Source: a virus
Taxonomy: Duplodnaviria > Caudoviricetes
IMG/VR virus record: IMGVR_UViG_3300036793_000172
Location: 1 to 64,000 of that record
Length of the DNA: 64,000 bases
Direction: 5' to 3' (one strand)
The notes under the pieces were generated by a model. The model saw only the letters and a program-made list of their open reading frames with translations. It ran no database searches and was not told the DNA's origin. The stretch's first letter is position 1. Each line of letters opens with the position of its first letter. Positions 18,295-27,263 of this stretch are shown in pieces. Both the position numbers and the translations under genes were made by a program.

Positions 18295-19140
18295 TCAGTT
18301 CGGTCCGATGCGGCGCAGCTGGAGGCGGGTGCGGACGCCGAGGTTGATCGCGTTCATCGTGACGACAGCGGTGGAGAAGAACTGCCAGTAGATCTTGTCC
18401 CCGGCCACGAACAGCACATCGTTCTTCGCGTGCACCCAGGTCCCCTCGCCCGTGTTCACGCTCACTCGTGCGTCGGATGCGAACGAGTTCGTGCCGACGA
18501 CAGATCCGTTTTTCATGATCTTGCAGGCGAAAACCTGGCCCGACTGCGGTGGGATGTTGCCGTGCAAATCGCATTGGTAGCGGCCGGATACGGGGATCGT
18601 CGTGTAGGCATCGCCGGTGCCGGACAGGTTGCCGATCCAATTGCCGTAGGAGTCGCCCACCGTCCATGCCCAGGTGGCCTGGGCCGTGTTGTTGCCGGTC
18701 GCCAGCGCCTGGTTCGCGGTGAGGTTGATGGTGATGCGGGTCGACTGCGGCTCCGGGTTGAGCACCGTCCACGCGGTACCGTTCCACTGCTCGACCGTGT
18801 TGGTGTCGTCGCGGTAGACCGTCAGATTCACTTCCGGCCTGACAATGGAATCCCGGTCCGCCTGCGTGAGCACGTTGTAGACCGGACCCGGCCGCAGGGG
18901 CGTGCCGACGAGCTGCGCGAAGGCCCAGTCGTTGCCGAGGGACCGGTCGACGAACCAGCTCTCGCCGACCTGGGGCGGGATTCCCTTGTACCGCAGGTTG
19001 GTGCGGTCGATCTTGAAGGTCTGGGAGAGCTGGTCCCGGACGATGGCCACGTTGCCGTCCACGGACATCACCGAGACGACCTTCCACGCGAGGCCGTAGG
19101 CGGTGGTCCCGGCCGAGACCGGTTGCATGGGTCCGGTCAT
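18295..19140 (-). CDS. Probable baseplate spike/tail-tip protein (OB-like N-domain, C1q-like C-domain), 281 aa
   Basis: Lies between the hub and gp25-like genes. KVVSVMSVDG...PPQVGESWFV N-domain. TGATG overlap with the hub stop. Start reassigned to ATG 19140. Confidence 0.6.
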   Translation of the reverse strand: MTGPMQPVSAGTTAYGLAWKVVSVMSVDGNVAIVRDQLSQTFKIDRTNLRYKGIPPQVGESWFVDRSLGNDWAFAQLVGTPLRPGPVYNVLTQADRDSIVRPEVNLTVYRDDTNTVEQWNGTAWTVLNPEPQSTRITINLTANQALATGNNTAQATWAWTVGDSYGNWIGNLSGTGDAYTTIPVSGRYQCDLHGNIPPQSGQVFACKIMKNGSVVGTNSFASDARVSVNTGEGTWVHAKNDVLFVAGDKIYWQFFSTAVVTMNAINLGVRTRLQLRRIGPN

Positions 19141-21725
19141 CACACGGGTCCCTTCACGGGGTGCGCCGGGCCGTTGTTGACCGGCGTGGCGAGCGGCGTG
19201 TAGGTCGGGTACTTCTTGCCGCCCAGCGGCAGCAGGCCGAACACGTCGTTCTGCTGCTGGGTGATCCGCGCCGGGGCGTTGATCTTGGCGTAGGTGCGGA
19301 AGTAGCCGTCCGGGCCGAACTGGATCTGGTGATGCACCTCGGTCACGTACGCCTGGAAGTTGAACTCCGGCAACCGGAGGATCATGCCCGGCCACAGCTC
19401 GGGCATGAACGTCATCGGCACGTCGGCCTGGAACTGGTCCGCCCACCGGCGCATGAACAGGAACAGCGCCATGAAGAACTCCGGCCGCCCCTGCTGCACC
19501 GCCGGGATGTTGACCAGGTTCGGCCTGCCGCCGAAGCGACCGAGGTACTCGTCGAGGAACTGCTGCGTCGCGTCCTGGCCGAAGAGCGCCCGGAAGATCT
19601 GCGGGAAGTCCATCGTGGCCACGCCCTGGCTGGCCAGTTGCCAGTAGAGGCCGCCGCCGGTGGCTTGCTGCGCCGATCCGTCGCTGGCGAGCATCGAGTA
19701 CCCGAGGGGCGTGCCGACTACGTACTGGTGGGTGACGATCTGCTGATCCGACCAGGTGACGGTGAAGTCCATCAGTTCGATCGCGCGCACGTCCATCTTC
19801 GCGGCGATGCCCCAGAGGTCGAAGTAATCGGGGAACCAGGCCATGAAGTCCCCGTTGGGAGCACTGCAATAGGCGCGCATCGAGGCGGCCATGATGTTGC
19901 CCAGGAACGGCAGGAACGGTTCGTCGTTCATCATGGCCCGGGGCCCCGCGAGGACCTGGCTCGCCATGTCCGGCTGGAAGCCCCACGTGTACACGTTGAC
20001 CAAAGCGTTGAACACGTCGTCGGCGCTGTTCGACGTACCACCAGCACCGCCGGTGGTCACCGCTCCTCCGTCCACAGGGAATTCGTTCGGGTCTGATGTG
20101 GACACCGAGTAGCCGAGGATGCCCTGGATCTTCTGCGCCGCTGCGGGGGTGGTGGCTGCGTCGCTGTAGTTCACGCCCGGCAGCAGACCGCCATCGGTGA
20201 AGGCCGTTCCCGCCTTGGAGATATTCACCTGCTGGGCAGCGGGGACGCCATTGGTATGCGCGGCGGCTGTCCACCCGTTGCCCAGCGACACCTCAACGTG
20301 GCCGGTGCCGATGAAGAGCACAGCCCCCTTGACCGCCTTCGCCGTCTCGGCATCGATGATCTTGCACTTGGGACGCTCGGTGGCCACGGTCGATCGGGGC
20401 GCGATCAGTGGCTGACCGACTGCCCGGTAATAGGCCACGTCCACAAAGGACGAACAGTCGAGTGTCTTCGGGTCCGGCGAGTTGAAGGGGTCGTCGCCGC
20501 CCTCGCGGTAGAGGATGTGACCCGGGGGGTTCGCCTTGATCAGGTTGTACGCCTGCGCGGCGACGTTGCGGCCGGTCGCCCCGCTCGGGGCCGGGCTGCT
20601 GACCTTGGATCCGGTGAAGGTGCCCGCGTTCTGCCCGGTGGACATGATCTTCGCGACCATGGCCTCCGCCGGTGCCTCCTGCTTGGCGTATTTGTCTGGG
20701 GCAGCCGACCGTTGCACGGCCTGGCACGTGAGACCGAAGTCGGCGGTAGTGTAGTTGGGCACCTTCACCAAGGCGTCGAAGAACTTCCCCGCCGAATAGT
20801 TCACGTCCATGATCTGCGCGACGGTGCCCCAGCCCTGCGAGGGCCGCTGCTGGAAGACGCCGACGGAGTCCCGGTCGCCGAAGGCGAGGTTGTGCAAGCC
20901 GGACTCGACGATGCCGGTGGCGATGCCCTGCGCGGCGGCGCGGGAGGCGAGTCCTCGGCTGGCGGCCACGTTGTAGATCGTCGCCGCGATGTTCGCCTGG
21001 GTCTGGTCGATGGTGAGGCCACCGTACGAGCCCGCAGCGAGGGCACCACCGCCCTGAATCGGTCCGCTGATCCCTCCAGTCGAGGAACTGCCGCCGAGGG
21101 TGCCGATGAGCTTGCTCTCGTCGGCCGCCGCGATGATGGAGTCGCCGATGTCGGTGGCGAACTTGTACCAGTCGGTCGGGATCGCCCCGATGTGGATCTT
21201 CTCTTGCGGCCAGCTGATCACCTGGGTGAGAAGCCGGATCGCGAGGTCGCGGAGTCCGCCGTCGGCGGGTGCGGTGTTCGTGGCGGTCGCCTGCGCGGGC
21301 TGCTGGCCGGTCGCGGTGCTCGTCCCGGCCGCCTGCTGCCATCCGTGGACGAGCTGCGATGCGGCGGCCGAACCCGAGTCCCAGTACCAGAACTGCAAGC
21401 GCTTGAGCGTGCAGCTCGCCGACAGGTCCAGCACGCGCGGCCAGACGGAGAAGACCGGGCCCTCGTTCATGTACCCGGAGAACACGCGCACGTCGGCTCC
21501 CACGCGGCGCATGGTGACCACGATCCGGTCCATCGGGCGGATGAGGCCGTCGTACTTGCGCTGGGCGTTCTGGAGCTGGAAGTGGAACGTGTGCACCGCG
21601 TTCGTGCGGATGGTGAGGTCGCAGGCCACCAAATCCTCACTGATATCAAGGATTTCCGCCTTGCCCTGCTTGTTGGTGACGGAGATGTACGCCTTGACGG
21701 ACGGCGAGTAGATGAACGTGGCCAC
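19140..21725 (-). CDS. Baseplate hub/tail-associated lysin with lytic-transglycosylase-like and NlpC/P60 domains, 861 aa
   Basis: Hub-like termini (FQLQNAQRKY.., ELWPGM.L.LP..NFQAYV.EV.H). Internal VESGLHNL.FGDRDSVGVFQQRPSQGWG. Internal Y.EGG...LDCSSFV...GHV...AAH. Confidence 0.85.
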   Translation of the reverse strand: MATFIYSPSVKAYISVTNKQGKAEILDISEDLVACDLTIRTNAVHTFHFQLQNAQRKYDGLIRPMDRIVVTMRRVGADVRVFSGYMNEGPVFSVWPRVLDLSASCTLKRLQFWYWDSGSAAASQLVHGWQQAAGTSTATGQQPAQATATNTAPADGGLRDLAIRLLTQVISWPQEKIHIGAIPTDWYKFATDIGDSIIAAADESKLIGTLGGSSSTGGISGPIQGGGALAAGSYGGLTIDQTQANIAATIYNVAASRGLASRAAAQGIATGIVESGLHNLAFGDRDSVGVFQQRPSQGWGTVAQIMDVNYSAGKFFDALVKVPNYTTADFGLTCQAVQRSAAPDKYAKQEAPAEAMVAKIMSTGQNAGTFTGSKVSSPAPSGATGRNVAAQAYNLIKANPPGHILYREGGDDPFNSPDPKTLDCSSFVDVAYYRAVGQPLIAPRSTVATERPKCKIIDAETAKAVKGAVLFIGTGHVEVSLGNGWTAAAHTNGVPAAQQVNISKAGTAFTDGGLLPGVNYSDAATTPAAAQKIQGILGYSVSTSDPNEFPVDGGAVTTGGAGGTSNSADDVFNALVNVYTWGFQPDMASQVLAGPRAMMNDEPFLPFLGNIMAASMRAYCSAPNGDFMAWFPDYFDLWGIAAKMDVRAIELMDFTVTWSDQQIVTHQYVVGTPLGYSMLASDGSAQQATGGGLYWQLASQGVATMDFPQIFRALFGQDATQQFLDEYLGRFGGRPNLVNIPAVQQGRPEFFMALFLFMRRWADQFQADVPMTFMPELWPGMILRLPEFNFQAYVTEVHHQIQFGPDGYFRTYAKINAPARITQQQNDVFGLLPLGGKKYPTYTPLATPVNNGPAHPVKGPV

Positions 21726-21735
21726 ATGCGCCTCC

Positions 21736-22398
21736 TTAGAATGGCCGGTTGACGCCCGGCGAGGGCTGGGGACCGGTGATGGTGCCGGGCGCGAGCGGGA
21801 TGTCGGGTACCACGGGCTGGTTGGCGGGGTTGTCGTAGAAACTGTTGCCCGAGGCGTTCGGGTCGTTCACGGCGACCGAGCCGGGGTAGAAGAACTGCGC
21901 CGCGTCGTCCTTCTGCGTGATCCCGTAGTCCGGCTGGGACACCGAGTTACCGGTGCCGGTGAAGGTGGTCGTGTCCAACGGGTCGGTGACCGAGGCGAAG
22001 GTGACCGCCGGGAGGAAGACGTTTGAACCGGTGTGGTCCTCGTCGATCACGCCGTCGATGGGCACTCCGAGCCGCCAGAAGCCATAGGCGGGCACCGACA
22101 CGGCGACCGAGTTCTGGCTCACGCCCGAGGACGAGCCGATGTAGGCGCGCAACCAGTCCATGACTGGCTTCTGCTCCGCATAGCCGATCAGCTCGAAGGT
22201 GACCGTGAACATGCCCAGGGCCCGCTGGTGCGGGTAGAAGGCGCGGTTCTCGCGCGCGTGGCTCTCGGTGGCGATCACGTCCCAGGCGTAGGAGATCCCC
22301 CGCGCCCGGGTCTGCAAGAGGTACCCGGCTCCGGACCGCACGTAGGTCAGCGTGCAGTTCGATTGCCCTCGTGTCGTGACGGTGCTTCCTGCCATCAC
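21736..22398 (-). CDS. Tail/baseplate assembly protein (hypothetical), 220 aa
   Basis: Position between the tape measure and hub genes, coupled to its neighbours. Confidence 0.65.
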   Translation of the reverse strand: MMAGSTVTTRGQSNCTLTYVRSGAGYLLQTRARGISYAWDVIATESHARENRAFYPHQRALGMFTVTFELIGYAEQKPVMDWLRAYIGSSSGVSQNSVAVSVPAYGFWRLGVPIDGVIDEDHTGSNVFLPAVTFASVTDPLDTTTFTGTGNSVSQPDYGITQKDDAAQFFYPGSVAVNDPNASGNSFYDNPANQPVVPDIPLAPGTITGPQPSPGVNRPF

Positions 22399-22592
22399 CC
22401 CACCTCGGCAGTGGGGATCGGCCGGAAGGTCGGGAAGAGGTAGTCCTCCAGGTCCGCCCGGGTGATGTTGTGCGCGATGCCGCCGTCAGTGAAGGCGAAG
22501 CCGCCCATGTCCACAATGGCGTCGCCGCTGCGGTTGAGCGGCGCGGGCATCGACACGACGGTGTCCGCGCCCCAGATGTCGTTCGTAGCCAT
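22395..22592 (-). CDS. Small hypothetical tail-region protein, 65 aa
   Basis: SD AGGAGG upstream and an overlap with the next gene's start. Confidence 0.65.
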   Translation of the reverse strand: MATNDIWGADTVVSMPAPLNRSGDAIVDMGGFAFTDGGIAHNITRADLEDYLFPTFRPIPTAEVG

Positions 22593-22595
22593 GAC

Positions 22596-23264
22596 TCAGC
22601 CTCCTGCCGTGGGCGGTTGCCCTTGTGCCGCTTGCTGGAATTGTTGCAGGACGAGACCGTGGATGGTGCCATCGGCGGTGTTGGCGAGCGACGCCGCGAG
22701 GTCGGCGACGGTCATCTTCCCGTTGTAGTCGCTGCGCTTCCAGCCGAGCCCGCTGGACAGCCGGTCGATGAACTGGTTCTGCGCGACCTGCTTGAGCTGA
22801 TTCGTGTTGTCCTGCTGGATGAACAACGTCAGCGTGTAGCCGTAGGAGTATTTGCCGGTCTTGTGTTCGACCGTGGCGGCCGGGTTTCCCACGTCCCGCA
22901 ACGACTTCACGTAGACGGTGAAGTCCCAGTTGTGGGTGTCGTCGGTGTAGACGAACCGGTGCGGCGGGTGCATCGGGGTCTTGTCCGCACCGGACAGCTG
23001 CGCGGCCGTGGGAATGGCCGACTGCTTCGCCACCAGCCCGGCCATCTGCTTCTGGAAGGCCTCCGCCAACTGCCACGACTCCCGGCGGTTCTGCCGGTCC
23101 TGCCCGAACAACCCCTGGATGGTCATGTCGCCCATCGTGACGCCGTAGACCTGCACCACACGGCCGCCGACAGTGGGGATCACCGAGGCGTCCACGCTGT
23201 AATTCCACGACACCTGGGAAGGGTTGATGCGGAAGGTCACTCCGCCGAGGGAGGCAAGACCCAT
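22596..23264 (-). CDS. Tail tube initiator-like protein, 222 aa
   Basis: MGLASLGGVTFRINPSQVSWNY pattern, directly after the tape measure gene. Start reassigned to ATG 23264 (SD GGGAGG). Confidence 0.6.
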   Translation of the reverse strand: MGLASLGGVTFRINPSQVSWNYSVDASVIPTVGGRVVQVYGVTMGDMTIQGLFGQDRQNRRESWQLAEAFQKQMAGLVAKQSAIPTAAQLSGADKTPMHPPHRFVYTDDTHNWDFTVYVKSLRDVGNPAATVEHKTGKYSYGYTLTLFIQQDNTNQLKQVAQNQFIDRLSSGLGWKRSDYNGKMTVADLAASLANTADGTIHGLVLQQFQQAAQGQPPTAGG

Positions 23265-23266
23265 GA

Positions 23267-25747
23267 TCAGCCTCCCGGCTGCGGCGGCACACCCGACGCC
23301 GCAGCACTGTCGATGTTGACGTTCCCGCTGCCGGTGGCCGTGAACAGCCGGGCCGCGTCGGGCGACAGCGAGATGGTGACCTTGCCGCTGCCGCTGCTGT
23401 TGTCGGTGTTCGTCTGGGCGCCCTTGACCGGGTTGTCCTTCGCCCACTGGTCGGCATTGTCACCGAAGTTCTGCGACTTGGAGGAGTCCGGCATCGAGCC
23501 GATGTTCGTGTCCTGGACACCGGTGATCTCGGTGAGCTTCTTCCCGTTCAGGTTCGAGTCGGTGGAAGCAACCGAGACGCTGCCCTTGGTGATCTGGTCC
23601 GGGTAGTACTTGATCGCGTCGGCGAGTGAGACGACCTTGTCGCCGTCCTTGGACTGCACTCGGATCTTGGTGCTGGTGTCGCCGCCGAACCGCTCGATCG
23701 CGGCCTCGATCCCCGGGTCGGAGAGACCGTTGTTCCCGTGGGCCTTCTGCAAATCTTGGTATGCGGAAAGACTTTTCTGCTGCTGCTGCTGGGCTCCGGT
23801 GAGGTTGGCGCTGGTCTTGGATGCCGCCGCCTTGCGGTCGGCGTCACCCACGCTGGAGTTGAACTGATTGAGCCAGGACTGGAATCCGGAGCTGGTGTTG
23901 CCTTTCCCGAGAGAGGTCACCGCCGTCTGCTTGGCCACATCGTTGATCTGCTGCTGACCGCCCTTGCCGGACACCCAGTTGATATACGCCTCGGCAACCT
24001 TCTGCGATGACGAGTTCTGGTCGATGCCCGCGACCCCAGCTTGCTGCATAGCCATAGCCATCGCCGGGGTATTCCACTCGGGATTCTGAATCAGCTGGTT
24101 GGCGACATCGTACTGCGCTCCACCGGACTGCTGGACCTTGTCCGCACCACCCTTGGCCGCCATGAGCTGGTTGAGCTGCTTCTGCACGCCAGAGGAGGCG
24201 GCCGAGTTCATCATCGTGTTCGTGAGCGCTCGCTGAGATGCCATCTGCGGCATGACGTTGCCCTGCGCAGCCTGGCCCTGTACCTGGCCCGGGGTCATGC
24301 CGATCATCGACGCGCCTGCGTACTGGAGGACCGGGTTGGTGAGCACGCCCGCGCCGTAGGAGACGCCCGCGAGGTCACGGTTGTTGGAGGTCATCATCGT
24401 CATGGCCCCTGCGAGCGTTGAGGCGCTCGCTCCTGCGCCGCCCTGGAGCGCGGACTGGTAGTTGCCGACGAACGTCTTACGGAGCGCCTCGGCGCTCTGA
24501 GAGGTCTTGGAAGCCGCCTGGGAGACCTTTTGCAGGCTCTGGGTGAGCTGGTCGAGGTTCGTCTGCCCGTACTGGGCGCCGAGCTGGTTGTACTGCAAGC
24601 TCTCATCGGTGGACATGCCGAGATTCTTGTAGTTCTGCGAAACGAAATTCAGGTTCTGATCCCGCTGCTGGCCGGTGAAGCCGAGTTGGCTGACGCCCTG
24701 GAACGCCTGGCGGGCGCTGGCCTCGTCCATGCCGCCCAGGCTGAACCGGTTGCTCAGCACGTAGCCCTCTTCGGCTGCGCGGTTGGCGAAGCCCGAGGTG
24801 ACGTTCGCGTTGGCGCCGGTGCCGCCGCTGAAGAATGCGCCGAGCGCGTCGATCGGGCTGCCCATGTTGTCGCCCGCGTAGATCGACTGGTACCGGTTGT
24901 TCGCCGCTCGCTGGTCGGTCAGCCACGTGGCGGCGTCGTTGACGCCCTCCGCCCCGGCGACGATGCCGCCGATGACCGGCGCGCGCTTGAGCATGCCCAT
25001 CGTGCCGAATTGAGCGAAGTTGCCCGCCATCTCACTGTTGGAGGCCGCTTTCGCCCGCTGTGCCGCCGTGGCGTTGGAGTGCTTGCCGATGCTTCCGCTG
25101 CCCACGTACTGGTGGGCCAAGTTCGCCGCCCCGGCACGCATGCGGCTCTGGAGATTCCCGTAAGAGACCCAGCGGTCGTTCTGCTGTCGCGCCTGGGGGA
25201 GCTGGTACCCGCCGTGGCCGCCTCCACCGCCATGTCCTCCTCCACCACCGCCACCAGTCCCACCGCCGCCACCGCCACCGACGAGGCCGTCTTGCAACGA
25301 ACTCATGAGCTGGCTCAGCTGGGTCTGGTTCTGCGCCTGCATCTGCCGGATGAAGTTCGACATCGACTGGTGCCGGTCGCCCATCTGGCCCTGGGTGTCG
25401 CGCATCAGCTGGGCGAGGTTCTTCACCTCTTCCGTCATCTGCCGGGCCGCCTCGGCGATGGCCTTGGTGCTCTCCAGGACCGAATCGGTGTCGCTGGGCC
25501 TGCCCGACTTCACCGCACTGTTGGTCGCGTCGCCGTAGCCGAAGATCCCCTTCAGCTGGTCGAAGAACTGCTGCTGGCCCTCGACGATGCTGACGCGCAC
25601 AGGACCGCCGCCCGCACCACGCAGGCCGAAGTCACGAGGCGAGTCCGGCGGCTTCCCGGATGCCTGCTGTTGGTTCGCCGCAGCCGAATTGCGCGCGTTG
25701 AGACCGTCCTGCGCCTGGCGCTGACGTTCCTCCCGGGATGCCACCAC
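23267..25747 (-). CDS. Tape measure protein, 826 aa
   Basis: Ala/Gln/Gly/Ser-rich helical protein directly downstream of the frameshifted tail chaperone pair. Confidence 0.85.
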   Translation of the reverse strand: MVASREERQRQAQDGLNARNSAAANQQQASGKPPDSPRDFGLRGAGGGPVRVSIVEGQQQFFDQLKGIFGYGDATNSAVKSGRPSDTDSVLESTKAIAEAARQMTEEVKNLAQLMRDTQGQMGDRHQSMSNFIRQMQAQNQTQLSQLMSSLQDGLVGGGGGGGTGGGGGGGHGGGGGHGGYQLPQARQQNDRWVSYGNLQSRMRAGAANLAHQYVGSGSIGKHSNATAAQRAKAASNSEMAGNFAQFGTMGMLKRAPVIGGIVAGAEGVNDAATWLTDQRAANNRYQSIYAGDNMGSPIDALGAFFSGGTGANANVTSGFANRAAEEGYVLSNRFSLGGMDEASARQAFQGVSQLGFTGQQRDQNLNFVSQNYKNLGMSTDESLQYNQLGAQYGQTNLDQLTQSLQKVSQAASKTSQSAEALRKTFVGNYQSALQGGAGASASTLAGAMTMMTSNNRDLAGVSYGAGVLTNPVLQYAGASMIGMTPGQVQGQAAQGNVMPQMASQRALTNTMMNSAASSGVQKQLNQLMAAKGGADKVQQSGGAQYDVANQLIQNPEWNTPAMAMAMQQAGVAGIDQNSSSQKVAEAYINWVSGKGGQQQINDVAKQTAVTSLGKGNTSSGFQSWLNQFNSSVGDADRKAAASKTSANLTGAQQQQQKSLSAYQDLQKAHGNNGLSDPGIEAAIERFGGDTSTKIRVQSKDGDKVVSLADAIKYYPDQITKGSVSVASTDSNLNGKKLTEITGVQDTNIGSMPDSSKSQNFGDNADQWAKDNPVKGAQTNTDNSSGSGKVTISLSPDAARLFTATGSGNVNIDSAAASGVPPQPGG

Positions 25748-25748
25748 G

Positions 25749-26195
25749 TCACCTCCATCCTGCGTCCGGGTCCACCGTGACGGAACCGGCGTCGAACGAG
25801 CCCTTGCTCATCGATCGCACCTGTTCCATCAGGGACTCGTACTCGTCTCGGGCGTCGCTTGGAGACTTCCACTCGACGGCGGAATAGTCGATCAGTGTGC
25901 CCTCGGCGATCGGTGTGTCGTCCTCGACCACGTCCGGCTTGAAGTACTCGGGGAACAGCGTCTCCAAGTCGCCGCGCCCGGAGGCGACGATGGCTTCCTT
26001 GACCCGGCGCAGGTCCCGCTGAGCCTGCTCGTGGGACTGTTTGCGCAGGGAGAGCTGTTCGAGGTAGTCGAGGATGATCGATCCCTTGTGCTGCACGACA
26101 GACAGGTGCCGACCTGTCAGCAAACCCTGTCTTTGGGCCAACCGAAGCTCACCAGCGAGCCAGTCATCGACTCCGGTCAGCCCTACGCTTTTCCC
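25749..26195 (-). CDS. Tail assembly chaperone, -1 frameshift extension (gpGT-like, fused product about 326 aa)
   Basis: The open -1 frame begins at the GGGAAAA slippery site at the end of the upstream chaperone and ends 1 nt before the TMP start. Confidence 0.75.
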   Translation of the reverse strand, partial: GKSVGLTGVDDWLAGELRLAQRQGLLTGRHLSVVQHKGSIILDYLEQLSLRKQSHEQAQRDLRRVKEAIVASGRGDLETLFPEYFKPDVVEDDTPIAEGTLIDYSAVEWKSPSDARDEYESLMEQVRSMSKGSFDAGSVTVDPDAGWR

Positions 26196-26728
26196 ATGGC
26201 CTGCAACGTCTCGAACACCTCGTTGTCCAGTTCGAGGCACTTCTCGTGGATCTTGTCGACCACCTCGCGCCGGAGCGTGTCCGACACCCACTGGAACCGC
26301 TGCTGGAGCGCGGTCTCTTTGGGGTCGGTGGTGATCGGCTTCGGCAGCTCCTTGCCGTCGATGGCCGTCAGATAGGCGGCTACCTTGGCGAGAGTGAAGG
26401 CCCGTTCGAGCATGACGGTGTCGTTGAAGGGCTTGACCACCAAGCCCATCTGGAGGAACTCGGTCTGCGTCGGCGTGGAGATTGTGAACGAGTGTCCGAA
26501 AAGCTCGAAGGAATCGGTAAGCGCGCCCACGTAGAGAAGCCCGCTGAAAGGGTCCTTCCACCGGGCGTCGAACTCAGGAATGTCCTCCACGTAGTCCGGA
26601 TCCGTGATGTCCGGGACCGGCTCAGGCTCTTCCTGCTGCTGCGGTTCGGCGGGCGGAGCCGGTTGCTGCAAGGTCGGGAGCGACATCGCTGCGTTGAACG
26701 CTGCGTCGTCCGCGAACGACTCCGTCAT
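26183..26728 (-). CDS. Tail assembly chaperone (gpG-like), 181 aa
   Basis: Acidic protein between the tube and TMP genes. Ends ATG GGA AAA GCG TAG. Confidence 0.82.
   Translation of the reverse strand: MTESFADDAAFNAAMSLPTLQQPAPPAEPQQQEEPEPVPDITDPDYVEDIPEFDARWKDPFSGLLYVGALTDSFELFGHSFTISTPTQTEFLQMGLVVKPFNDTVMLERAFTLAKVAAYLTAIDGKELPKPITTDPKETALQQRFQWVSDTLRREVVDKIHEKCLELDNEVFETLQAMGKA
26189..26195 (-). other. Programmed -1 ribosomal frameshift site G GGA AAA
   Basis: The plus strand reads TTTTCCC at 26189-26195, an X XXY YYZ heptamer in the correct phase, one codon before the stop. Confidence 0.85.
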
Positions 26729-26758
26729 CGGTACCTTCCATTCACGTAGTCACATTCG

Positions 26759-27247
26759 TCACAATGCACTCGAATGCGTGTATGCGACGACGATTCCCTT
26801 CGTCACCGCCAGGGCTCCGACGGTAATCGTGTCGTTGTCGGAGATGTCGACCACGGTGCAGTTGTGGTAGTTCTTCCCGCGCGGACGGCCACCGCCCGGA
26901 GGCTGGATCACCGTCTGGCAGGTCACGTACGCGGGGTTCGCGGCCAGCACCTGGAACACGTCCACGATGTTGCTGGTGCCTGCCAGGCCGAACAGCTGCT
27001 CCCACACCCACGTGTTCCACAGCTCGCGGATGGTGAGGTTCAGCGTGCCGCCCGCGAGCACGCGGGAAGTCGCGATCTCGATGGGGTGGCGCTCGCCCAG
27101 AGGCTGAATGAACTGGTACCCCTGACCGGCGTCGGAGAAAGCGCGCTGGCCGCTGTCCTCGACGCCTTCGAGGAAGGCGATCGGGTGTCCGTTGTACGAG
27201 AACGTGGTAAAACCGCTGCCGACTACGCGGACCTGAGTATTGGGCAT
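26759..27247 (-). CDS. Tail tube protein, 162 aa
   Basis: Directly after the sheath gene. Size and beta pattern are typical (GTLNLTIRELWN...NYHNCTVVDI). Confidence 0.82.
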   Translation of the reverse strand: MPNTQVRVVGSGFTTFSYNGHPIAFLEGVEDSGQRAFSDAGQGYQFIQPLGERHPIEIATSRVLAGGTLNLTIRELWNTWVWEQLFGLAGTSNIVDVFQVLAANPAYVTCQTVIQPPGGGRPRGKNYHNCTVVDISDNDTITVGALAVTKGIVVAYTHSSAL

Positions 27248-27263
27248 TGTTCAGCTGCTCCTA

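Noticed and set aside
25200-25280. Gly-run (CCA/CCG)n repeat in the tape measure gene
   Set aside because: Low-complexity coding linker with no regulatory evidence.
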